Shown here piece by piece: positions 51,725 to 63,419 of a stretch of 64,000 nt of DNA (positions are counted from its first letter, which is position 1; every line of letters starts with the position of its first letter). The stretch is from Geosiphon pyriformis uo1 (lineage: Eukaryota; Fungi; Glomeromycota). Location: assembly GCA_016748015.1 (NCBI GenBank), contig JAAOMT010000514.1:51866-115865 (forward strand), in the 5' to 3' direction. A model generated the notes under the pieces. The model did not search any database. It was given only the letters and a program-made list of their open reading frames with translations, and was not told the DNA's origin. The translations under genes were made by a program, and so were the position numbers.

Positions 51725-54700
51725 GTGGCAACCACACCAGACACAACAACTCTAGAGTATTACCAGTCAATTTATACACACTGCAAGCAAAGATTCAACA
51801 TTCCAGACGGAATTGAAGTTGTCAAGAAATCAGTATACCAATACATTAAAAACTGCATCAACAATTATCTTTTTAGAAACTACAACATTTCAGAAGTTAG
51901 AAGCAACCTCTACAATAATTTAGTGCACTATTCACAATTGGGAACAGAAGACCTGAACAGTAAAACACTTGCTAACTACTTCCAAAAACTTAATTTTAAC
52001 ATTATTGAGTATTGTTAAAAAAAATACCCAGTACAGTTTAAATATTCTTTTGACTTTGAATCAGAAACAAAAACAAGCAACAAAGGCAAACAAAAATTGA
52101 ATACTCAAAAACCACCCCAAATACTCCAATACTACCAAAAACAACTGCCAAACACTTACAAACACCTGAACAAGGAACCAGTTCAAAACTCCCACTCACT
52201 ATTACATCTTTTCTAACTTCACTTGTACAAACAAAAACTCCTAATTTACCTTTAAATCGATTTTCAAGACTAGAAGATTATACATCACCCAGAAGTCCCA
52301 CCAGACAACAAGAAACCCTTCAGACTAGTACCAATCTTCTTGACTATTTAGCAGAAAACACAAGTGAACACTCTGAAACATTAACCAATGAAGAAAACGT
52401 TTCTGAATCCATTGAAGAAGAAATAGAATCTGAAGAAAAAAGTGAATTAACAGATAATGAGAAAGAAGATGAAATAACAGCTTATATTGCAAAAATTTCT
52501 GAATTTAATAGAGAAAATATTGAGACCAGTCCCCAAGAATGGCTCGACCAAGTTACTAAAGCTGAAGATGCAAATGGATGGAATGCTGCCAGAATGTTAA
52601 AAACAATTTTCTACTTTCTCAAAGGAACAGCAGACAAATGGTTCGAAAACTTGATCACTTTTTTTAATAACTGGACAGCTTTCAAAACTGCCTTCTTAGA
52701 ACAATTTACTGATAACAACACCTTCATTACTCTTCAAAATTGTTTTCACAATATCAAACAAGAACCCTCCGAATCTGTCATGACTTATATTGGGAAATTC
52801 AACAAACTTCTCAGACAAATTCGCCAACTTGAAACTAATAATTATTATTTCAATGCTCAAATCTTGGATCAATTTATTGCTGGTCTAAAGGATAAACTGA
52901 TTAAAAAGATTCACTCACATGCCCCAGAAGATTTAAACTCTGCCATACAACATGCAAAGAGATACGAAATGACCATAGAAGAGACCAATCACACAAAACT
53001 TGTAAACTTGGCCATTAAAGAAACCAGTTTAGCAGCTGAAAAGAAAATTGACCAACTTACAAATAAAGTTGAAAACTATTTCACCAACCAACAACAACAG
53101 CAACCCCAAAAATATCAACCACCCCAAAGACGAAATCAAAATACCTTCACATCACCTTCTAATAACCAGTCTCAGAATTGCCATTACTGTGGAATTCCTA
53201 GCCACTGAAAAAGAGATTGCAGAAAGTTACAATGAGACCAACAAAATAGGAGTAATTAATATTACCCTCCACTACAGCAATCTTATTATTAACCACCACC
53301 ACCAGCTTACTATCTACCAAGACCCCAATACCAAAATAACTATTATCAGCCTGCCCCACAGCCAATCCAACAACAATACCAACAACCACTTACACAATAT
53401 TATCAAGTACCTGCTCGAAGATTGATTACACAAAATCAATTCACACCATAAAACCAATACCAAGTAAACAACAATAGAATTAGTTTAAACAACCAATTGG
53501 TTACCTGAAATTTCACTCAACCAAGACCCAACCACTATCACATTCAACCCAGTTATTTAACAATTCCAAAAGAACAGAATTTTCACCATACTGCACTCTC
53601 AGAATGTAGAGCTGCAGCATGACAACAAAACTTTTCCTATACTCTTACCACAATTTTACCAGCCAGAATTGCTGAAAATGCCAACTTTTCAGATATATTC
53701 CCTTTTGAGTTCGAAGCAAATGAGTCACCATTCCTGCTCAGCAATGCAGTCACCAATGAACAAAAAGCAATCACTGCTATGTACACTGAAGCAGAAGTCG
53801 AAAGAAAGGCAATTTGCTTGATCCTAAACAGTAGATCCACCAGAAGCATCATCACCTACCAGTTGATACAACAGTTAAAGAGAAATGTTAACTGACCAGT
53901 TCAGACAGTAATTGTTACTGGTGATAACATAAAAAAGACTCTTGTAGGAGAAATTGACAATTTTCTGTTCACTCTTGATGGAATCACCATTTCAGTTAAA
54001 GTTCTTGTAATGAACACGCCCCAGTATCAAGCCCTTGTCGGAAATAATTGGCTCCAAAAAGCCAATGCAAAATTAAACTGGGAAACCCAAGAATTACAAC
54101 TCTTCTATCAAGAACAACATGCCTGAATATCTGCTACTTGTGGTACATTCAACAAACAATTGGAGAAAGCCCCTGTCTTTGAATTTGAAGAGAAGGAAGA
54201 AAAGCCTGTAGTCGAAACATTTATGGCTCTTGAATTAACATCTAACTGGGCTGAAGAAACTGAGCAAACGTATTTTGCAACAAAATCATATCTAGAGGAA
54301 CCAAAAACCCTTGAATAGAACATCCCATATTCTAAACCAGAACCAAAGAAACAACACTCTTACATTCCACTCAAATGCAAGAACTGCCACAAAAAACTCT
54401 TCTCAATAGGAGCCTGCATTTCACCTGAAGAAGAATATGAAAATCATACTTGTTATTACTGCAAAGCTTGCCACAGAGAATGATAGGGCCATCTAATAAA
54501 AAGAAGTGGAAAATAGGACAACACTCTTTGTTTGACTTGTGGAGATACACTACCAGAAGAATACAATTGGATTAATATAGCAATAAGAGAAGGAGTCTGC
54601 AATCAAACCTGCCAATATGCTTTATCAATTTCAGAAAAAGTCAAAAGAAGAACACTCTTTGATGCAGCATACAACAGTGCTTTCAACAAACTCTATTACT

Positions 54701-57368
54701 ACCCTCATGATGCTGAAATGATTTTCAACCTAGCAATGGCATTGGTTAATAGAGCTACTAAAGAAGATGTTTGTCAAATAAAAGAAGCTGAATATATCAA
54801 ATATACCTTGGAATTAGCTGGATACGATTATGAAGATGAAGTAGAAGTGTACCATCAAATTGCAAGTCACACCTATCCGACTAAAGAAGCTCAAGCTCAA
54901 CAGCTAGAGCAAATGAACATTATATTGTGTAAAGAATGCATAATGCCTTGCGATAAACAATGGTGCTCTGAATACTATGCTCTTAGCATTCCTCTGCCCA
55001 GTGAAAATGATAAAAACGAAATTGAATTTGGAGAACCTGAAGCAACAGAAGAAATTGAAACAACACTCATCTATCTCATTGAAAATTAGCCTGCCTTACA
55101 ACTCAAATACTTCAACAACAACAAACAAGGAATAAAACTTGAAAAAGCACATGAAATTGATGCTGAATATGACCTAAAATATCCAAACAAAAATACTCTT
55201 GTTCTCAAACCCAAATTTCTCACAAAAATCAACCTCAAAATTGCTCTCGAAATCCCACCAGGAGCAATGGTTCAAATCACCTTCCGGTCTTCTCTGGCAA
55301 GCAAAGAAATTAATGTCAAAGGAGAAATAATTGATGCTGGATATACTGGTAATATAACAGTAATACTCCAAAACAAAACTGACAAGCCGTTTAAGATTGA
55401 ACATGCCGAGAAAATTGCCCAAGCCATTTATTTACCCTTAATTAACATTTTGGGTTTACAATTAGTCAATCAAAAAGAACAATTGGAAAAAAGTGAAAGA
55501 GAAACTTAAGGTTTTGGTTCAACTGGACAATTCACAGTTTCAGTAAACATAGCTCTCAATAAACAGAATGAGTCTCACCAGATTTTATGCCTTCCCCAAC
55601 CAATTACTATTTCACCTTTCAGAGAACACTCTGAAATCTATACCTACTCAAAGCCAACAACCACCCAACAAATTTTTGAGTCCAATAAACGAATCTGCTT
55701 GGAACATAATATCTCGATTCCAAACATTTATATTCCAAAAGGAACAAAAAAAGTCCAAGTTACTTTTTATAATCCCAACAATTATCTTATAGTTTTATTA
55801 AATAACTTAGAAATTGGAATCATTCACAGTAACATCTTTCAACAAGAATTACCCCAAACAGTCCCCAATTTCTCTGAAATTATTGGACATTCACTACCAA
55901 AAATCAACCCAAATCCCAGCTCTGAAAACTACTATGTTGTTATAGAAAAACTATCTTGAATTAACATGGGACAACTTGAACCACAACAACAAAACCAGCT
56001 CAAAGAGCTAATTGCAGAATTTGCCGATATCTTTGCTGAAAACAACAATGACTTTGAAAGAACCAATTTGGTTCAACATCAAATCTACACAGTAAATGCC
56101 AACCAAGGTGACAGCAAGCCTATTGAGTTGCTCCAGAAAGTCACCAATTTATTCGCAAAGAAGTACAACGGATGCTCAACAATAGGCTTATTCAACCATT
56201 AATGAATCCATGGGCCTCACCTGTGGTCTTAGTTAAAAAGAAAAATAAAAAGATACGATTTTGTGTTGATTATTGACAACTCAACAGCATCACCATTGGA
56301 GATGCCTATCCTTTTTCCCGAATTAATGACATGTTAGATGCTCTTGAAAAGTTCAAATACTTTTCAACATTAGATTTAAAGAGTGGATACTGGCAAGTTG
56401 CCATGGATCCCAAAGATTGCCCCAAAACAGCATTTACTATTCAAGAAGGAAATTACAAGTTCAACGTAATGTCTTTCGGATTATGCAATGCACCAGCAAC
56501 ATTCTAAAGACTCATGGATGTTGTTTACAAAGGCCTCCTTTGGAAATCAGTAGTTGTTTATCTTGATAATACTGATGTTTACTCACCATCTTTTGAATTA
56601 CACTTAAAACACCTGCGAAAAGTCTTTCAATGATTATGGAAAGCAGAATTGAAACTGAACATCAAAAAATGCTACTTCAGAAAAACAAGTTTGGCCTTTC
56701 TTGGTCATATCGTTAGTAAAAATAGAATCAAACCAGATTCTGGAAAAATCAGTGCTGTCAAAAACTTCAAAACTCCTCAAAACACTACAGAACTAAGAGA
56801 ATTCATAGAGTTAGCCTCTTACTATTAGAAGTTTATCAAAGAATTCTCAGAAATTACAAAACCTCTCAACCAGCTTACCACCAAAAACGTCAAATACAAA
56901 TGAACTGCTGAACACCAAAATGCATTTGAAATCCTCAAAGAAAAACTAATCACAGCTCCAATTCTTGTCTACTCAGATTTCAGCAACCAATTCTGGTTAG
57001 CAATAGATGCCTTTTATACTGCCTTTGGTGCCATTCTATCACAGTTAGATGACAATAGAAATGAACAAATAATTGCTTATGCTAGTAGAACATTGAAACT
57101 GGCTGAAAAAAACTACCCTGCAACAGAATTAGAAACTGCAGCAGTAATCTGGGCCCTACATTACTTCAACCTTTACTTCAGACCCAAAGAATTCAATATT
57201 ATCACTGATAATATTGAACTCAAATGGCTTCAAAACAAAAACACTCAGCTAAATGCCAAACAAACCTGATGGACAGAATTTTTAGCCAACTACCAATACA
57301 TTGTACATCACAAACCAGGAAAACTCCACACCAATGTTGATTGTCTCTCAAGAATAAGGCAAAATTAG
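51725..57368 (+). pseudogene. gag-pol of element F (Gag, PR, Cys-rich domain, dUTPase, RT, RNase H)
   Basis: Colinear with A; GEIIDAGYTGNI (dUTPase motif III); VVVYLDNT; ends SRIRQN*; many premature stops. Confidence 0.93.
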
Positions 57369-57414
57369 AACATAAAAACAACTCCCATTTGAATTAACAA
57401 CAAAACAACAAACA

Positions 57415-58800
57415 ATGAATCCCAAAAACTACAACAATCTTAAACAATATTTGGAGACATTAACAATTCCAACAGATTGGTTCTCAAATAAAAAACATTG
57501 GTTACAACAACAAGCCAATTAATACTTCTTACACAACAACATGATTTATTATTGAAACTTCAGAAACCCAGACAATCCACTCAGATTAATACAAGAACAT
57601 GAAAAAGAAACCATTTTATATAACATGCACTCAGACCCTTCATCAGCACACCTAGGAAAAGACAGCACCACCCAGAGAGCACTAGAATATTATTTTTGGC
57701 CTCAAATGAGAAAAGACATTTATAAATATGTTAAGTTTTGTGATAGTTGTCAAAGAAGAGAAGGAACTCACCCTATAGAATCTTTAATCCCAATCAAAGT
57801 TGAACAGTCTTTTGACTGAATTGATATCAATTTAGTCGGACCACTCCCTATCACAAACCAAGGAAACTGTTATATTGCAGTAGCTGTAGACTATCTCACC
57901 AAATGGCCTGAAGCCAGAGCCATTCAACAAGCAGATGCGAAATCAGTAGCAAACTTCATCTACGAAAACATTATTTGTAGATATAGATGCCCAATAGAAC
58001 TTTTATCTGATCAAGGAACACATTTTGTGAACAATTTAATCCAGGAAATTTGTGGACAATTTAATGTCAAAAGACTATTATCTTCGCCCTATCATCCACA
58101 AACAAATGGACTTATAGAACGTTTCAACAGAACATTGTGTGAATTATTAGCCAAGGTTTTAACTGATTTTGAGCAAAAATGAGATCTTTTTATTCCATCA
58201 GTGTTACTAGCATATAGAACACTAAAACAAGATACCACAAAACACACACTATTTGATTTAATCTATGAAAGGACAGCAATGTTACCAATTAGTTTCACAA
58301 TAAAAACATATCCAGTACAACTAATTAATAAAGACAACTTTCAGGAAACACTACAATAAAGAGCCTATACTCTGCTTAGCACATTGGAAAGAAAACAATG
58401 AATAGCAGCCACCCATATTAAACACTCTCAAGCTCAACAAAAAGAATGGCATGACAACAAATTGCCTTCAGTTACCAATGAATTTAAAATTGGAAACAAA
58501 GTTTTCTTACACAGAACTAAAGCTGAAAAACAATAGAGTAAAAAATTTGAAAATAAATGGAATGGACCATTTTTTATCCATGAAGTCCTAGGCAATGGAT
58601 CATACAAGCTAAAACTTGATGACAAAATTCTAGCAAAAGTTGCACATGGAAATCGTTTAAAACACTATAATTCCAGAAACAATCTTGAACCATTAATTCT
58701 ACAAATTGGTACACATTCCCCTTTAATCAATTCCGAAAATATTCTCTGAAATTTAGAACCAATAGTTGTTATTGAACAACCTCCCAACTTGAACACTTAA
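57415..58800 (+). pseudogene. Integrase of element F with GPY/F module, no chromodomain
   Basis: MNPKNY start; HHCC; DDE core; KWNGPFFIHEVLGNGSYKL; ends NLEPIVVIEQPPNLNT*. Confidence 0.9.
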
Positions 58801-58922
58801 TTTAAATTTATTATTATAGTTATCTTCTTATAATTTAGAAACAATCTTACAAAAACAAAACAAAAATAACATAAAAACCCATACACCAAAAATAATTTTC
58901 TTTTATTTTCAAATTTCTTATA

Positions 58923-59642
58923 ATGACTATTCCTCAAAACATTCAACAATTATTCCAAAAACTAATGTTAGCTTTAAAAACAATACCCGAATTATCTATT
59001 ACTGTTACTGGAAACCACATTAATTATACCCAAACAGAAGTAGTTACAAATTTAGCCCCAAATTCACGAAAATATCACCTGTATAAGAAGAACACAAGAA
59101 ATTATTCTGGAATTCACCTGCCAGAACTTTTAAAGCTTGCTTTAAGAGAAAACTTAATGCTCACTTCTATTAGTATTCCACCAAATGCTATTATTTAACA
59201 AAAACTTCAACTGTGTCTTAATAAAGAAAACTATGACTATACTCCAATATATAGATATTTTTACATTGAAAAAACACTTCACAAATAAAAACGGGAGCTT
59301 ACAGCAACAAACCTTACAAAAGAAGCTATTCGGAAACAACTCCACAATGAATTCAAGACAACAGCTGGACCTACAAACTGTCATTATAAACTAAGAACTG
59401 CTCTTAGACTTTATGACCTATTCTACATCTGTGAAAATGTCCTACAAAACCCAATTTTACAGTCTTTGAAAATTCAATACATTGAAAAGCTCACAGAACT
59501 GAAATTTCAACAATTTTCAGACCAAATTTCTTCAATAATTTTGGATTATTATCTGGAAATTACAGACAGTACTTGGACTTCGACAGAGCTCAGTTTTGAA
59601 AAGAAGGTTATATTACCAGACGAAATTAGAAATATTATTTAG
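58923..59642 (+). pseudogene. ORF3 of element F (unknown ~240-aa accessory protein), overlapping the PPT and 3' LTR
   Basis: ATG at 58923 after an A-rich spacer; MTIPQNIQQLFQKL...; after one frameshift and stops it continues as ...HYKLRTALRLYDLFYICENVLQNP...ILPDEIRNII*. Confidence 0.75.
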
Positions 59643-60599
59643 CATGAAATTATTTTTATAATTTTTATCATTAATTAGCATATATTATTGTTTCAAATTA
59701 TCACTTATTACATTAGCAAAATGTCCGAAATTATCATTTAATTAATAACCCAATTTGTACATAACACAGATGTAACCTAATTGCAATGATCAATTATGCA
59801 ATACTTCGAAATATGTAACATTCAAAAGTTCACTGAAATTTGTAGAAATTTGTAGAAATAATTAATAGTTCACCAAAATATCTAATAGTTCACAGAAATA
59901 ACTTGTAGTTCGCCAAAATGTATCTTTAGTTTAGCAAAATTGTAGAAAAGAGCAAAATTCAAGTTCATAAAATAGTGTTATGACAAGTTGTATAAAAAAA
60001 GAGCTTTTCTCTTCGAAAAAATGTATCTTACTTTAGATTTATCACTTAGAACCATTCTTACACACACAAAAAGAAATAAAATATCAAATAATTTGAAAAA
60101 CCAATTTTTTTAAAATATTGCACTTAGAAAATCTCCAAAAAAAAACCCAACTAACATTTTGAAATTGATTAGCTACCAATTTCAGTAAACTGTTAGTGAC
60201 TCCAGACCTGGATAGAAAACGTTTCTCTTGACAGAATTCTATTTCTTTTACATTTCTTTTATTTTTTTTCTTTTATTTTCTTATTATAATCATTAGAGTA
60301 GCCTACAGACGAAATTCCTGTAGAAGAGTTGACTTTCACAGCAAAGTAACTACACATTTTTAGTAAGCTTCCAAACAAGCAATTCCTGAGAAAGAGTTGA
60401 CATTTACTACAACATAACTACACAAAACAACTGGCATGGAATTGGCCATTCCATTTATAAGCCCAACAGTTCAAATTATAGGAAATAATTTGAAGATAAA
60501 TTCAGTTACTGGAGGTTCAACTACTTCTTGGAAACATAAATTCACAGCAAATTAACATTAACAACATTCAAGAAAAGAGACCAAAAATCTCCAATAACA
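59611..60599 (+). repeat. 3' LTR of element F
   Basis: Direct repeat of 50691-51679 (first TG decayed to TA). Confidence 0.95.
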
Positions 60600-61762
60600 A
60601 CGTCCCTCAAAACTGGAGTAATTCCCATAACAGCATCTAAGGATTCAGCTGTTTCAAAACAAACAACAGCACATCTGGCACAAACATACATAATTAGATA
60701 ACAATCAATTACACATGTCTTCCCATCCACAGAACTAATAAAGTACCAGACATCATAAGCATTTGTTCCCATTAACAGAATATAAAGCAGTGTTCTATGA
60801 TGATCTCTTGCATTTTATGATTTCTTATCTTGATTAGCTCTGGCTACATGCACAGCATCCTTCCCAATTAAAATAGACCAACAAGCCATGACCAAATCAG
60901 CCTGCTCAATCTTACCAAATTTGACTACAGCTTTTTGCCACAATTCTACCAATTGCATTTTGATCAACACCACCATACCAAATTCAGATAGTGCAGTGTG
61001 CACAGTCTCAGCCAAAGTTCCAATAAGGATTTCTTTTATTATCATAGCCCAATCTGATCACCCAAATGATTTTTTGAGATCAGCATTCACCAAAATTTTT
61101 GCTTTTTCAGCCTTTTTAAAAGCCTGTACCAAACTTAATTCAAAAATAAATATTGCTCTGATGATCCCAGCAAATTTTGAGGGGGTAGAGACCTCCCCAA
61201 AACCATTGATTTTTGAAAATAACTTTCTAATTACCATAAGCTTTTCTTGAGCAGATTTTCTAACAACATTGTTTAAACTGATGTCCAAAGTGAAAGATTT
61301 TCTAACAGAAACATTAACCAAGTTTTTCAAAAAGGGGGGGAGAACTACAAATTTGTCCAAGAGAATGTTATCATTATCATTATTCAAGAAATCAATTTTC
61401 TCTAGTGGTTTACCCAGTGCTCTCTTAGTCTGAATTTTCGAACTCTTAGGAGTTTGTTCTAAGTTTCTACCAGCAATAATGCCACCTTCTCCATAATCAA
61501 AGCTGGTCTCCTTAACCAAAAATTTTTTTTTCATGTTCACACTTTCTGATTCAGTGGTATTGCCTGTTTCAGAACTCTATAAACAACTACTTGATGCCTT
61601 AGCAGTAGCAAATTTTTTATTACTTATATTATTTTTAAAAGCATCATTTCTTTTTTTTTTTCTAGACTCAGTAGACTTGACACTAATATTAAAACCAGGC
61701 TTTATGATAGACTTGTTTAAAACAGCAATACTAAGGCCAACAGTAGCCTCATAATCAAGCAA
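60600..61762 (-). pseudogene. LINE G ORF1 N-terminal part (RRM-like)
   Basis: ORF fragments 61577-61762, 61058-61540, 60815-61045 and 60542-60772; IIKEILIGT...LSEFGMV...KAVVKF is RRM-like. Confidence 0.75.
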
Positions 61763-62849
61763 AAACAGTTTGGAAATATTGTGCTGAATGGTGAAAAAAC
61801 TTTTTTCAGAAAATTATGGGCTCTTTTTTGAAAATTTGAAATGAATGAAAGAAAGAAGTTTTTTTTTTACTGAATTTATTTTACTATAATATACAAAAAT
61901 ATTTTATTAAATATCTAATATACCAAAACTGTATTAATATTTAAGAATACAAAATAGTTTAATTTGTATTTAATGCTTTTTATTTATTTTTTAGTAAAAA
62001 ACCACAAAAAAAAGTATAATTATATTGGTTTAAATATAAACTACTATAAAAAAATACAATTTATATAGTTTAATTAAATATTTATTAGTTAGTATTATTT
62101 ATATGCTTAATATAAATAAAACTATAATTATTAATTTTTGGTTTATATAATAAATATTTGTTTTTTTTGGCTTAAATAATAGTATTAATATTGTTATAAA
62201 TATATAATATAGTCTTAATTAGTTTAAATAATTGGTTATATATAATAAAATATAAGTTATATCTTATTGTAAATACTTAATTTGTTTATATAAACTAAAT
62301 AGTAATTAAACTATATTCTGTAAATATTTTAATAATAATAAAATTTAATTTGCCAAATTTTTAATTATTATGTATTTAATTTAAATTTTTTTCGAATTTT
62401 TGTTTTTTAAACTACAGTCAAATTTTTATAAAAAAACACAATTAGAATATACAAATTATGTTTTATTTTAAAAATATTTTATTATAGAGTTTTATAATTG
62501 TTATTTATTTTTTAGAATCTTCTTTTATTTTTTATATTTATATAATTTTTTTTAAGTAAATTTTGGTTTTCTATATATTAATATATTTTTTTGTCAATAA
62601 TTTATCAATTATTACAGTATAATTTTCGAAATTTTGACCAATTGTTGTGTATTTAATAGTAAATTATTAAATATATTTATAGTAATTAATGTTTTAAATT
62701 TTTGATTATAGAAAAAAAAATTATTTTTTGTTAATAGTTTTGAATTATAATAAATATTACTTAAAATCATAATTGAATAACATAATCAATTGTTTTTTTA
62801 TGTTTAATTTATTTTTAAAAAATAAATTAATATTAAATAAAATTATATA

Positions 62850-62854
<5 letters not shown>

Positions 62855-62892
<38 letters not shown>
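62855..62892. repeat. (TAA)n microsatellite
   Basis: About 12 perfect TAA units in an extremely AT-rich spacer. Confidence 0.9.
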
Positions 62893-62894
<2 letters not shown>

Positions 62895-63419
62895 ATATAT
62901 ATTATTATTTAACTGTTTAATATTAATTTTTTGTTCAAATTAATATAAAATATGTTAACAATATAAATATTTATATTTGTTTTTGAAAATTTTTATTAAT
63001 ATTAGCATTTATTAGTTAAAAATATAATATTATATTTAGAGAAAAATAATACAAAGCAATATTAATTAATTGAAATAAATATTTTTTAATTGAATATAAT
63101 AAGAAGTTAAATTATTAACCAAAAATAATATATAATAATTTTAAATTTGAAAGTCTTTATTATATATTTGAACTATGTTTTCTATATATCTAAGCATATT
63201 TATGTTTTGAAATTAAATTTGTAAATTACAAGTAAATTGAAATATTAATTTTTTTAAAGCATCTTAAATTTTTTGTATATCTAATTATTAAAGATTACAA
63301 TTTATAAAAGTTAGTTAAATTTGAAGTAAAAAAAATTATAATTCAAAATTTATTTTATAAAAAACCCAATTAATTTAATATAACAATAATATATAATATT
63401 TATATTTTTATTATTAAGA

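Larger units (their letters stand above)
50691..60599 (+). mobile_element. Ty3/Gypsy element F, complete and gap-free (A family)
   Basis: LTRs 50691-51679 and 59611-60599; PBS at 51682; PPT at ~59598-59607; TSD ATGT(50687-90)/ACGT(60600-03). Confidence 0.97.
45213..61872 (-). mobile_element. Full-length LINE G (ORF1 + APE-RT-RNase H-CCHC ORF2), interrupted by element F
   Basis: (TAA)n tail at ~45213-45231; ORF1 rejoins across F as TPVLRD|VNLHWS; candidate degenerate TSD at 45191-45212 / 61873-61892. Confidence 0.9.

Noticed and set aside
58680-58800. Chromodomain at the integrase C-terminus
   Set aside because: No aromatic-cage or YLVKW-type motif; the frame ends shortly after the GPF module
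61900-63400. AT-rich stretch as a centromere or origin (also 44700-45200)
   Set aside because: No defined repeat or motif; consistent with terminally decayed sequence
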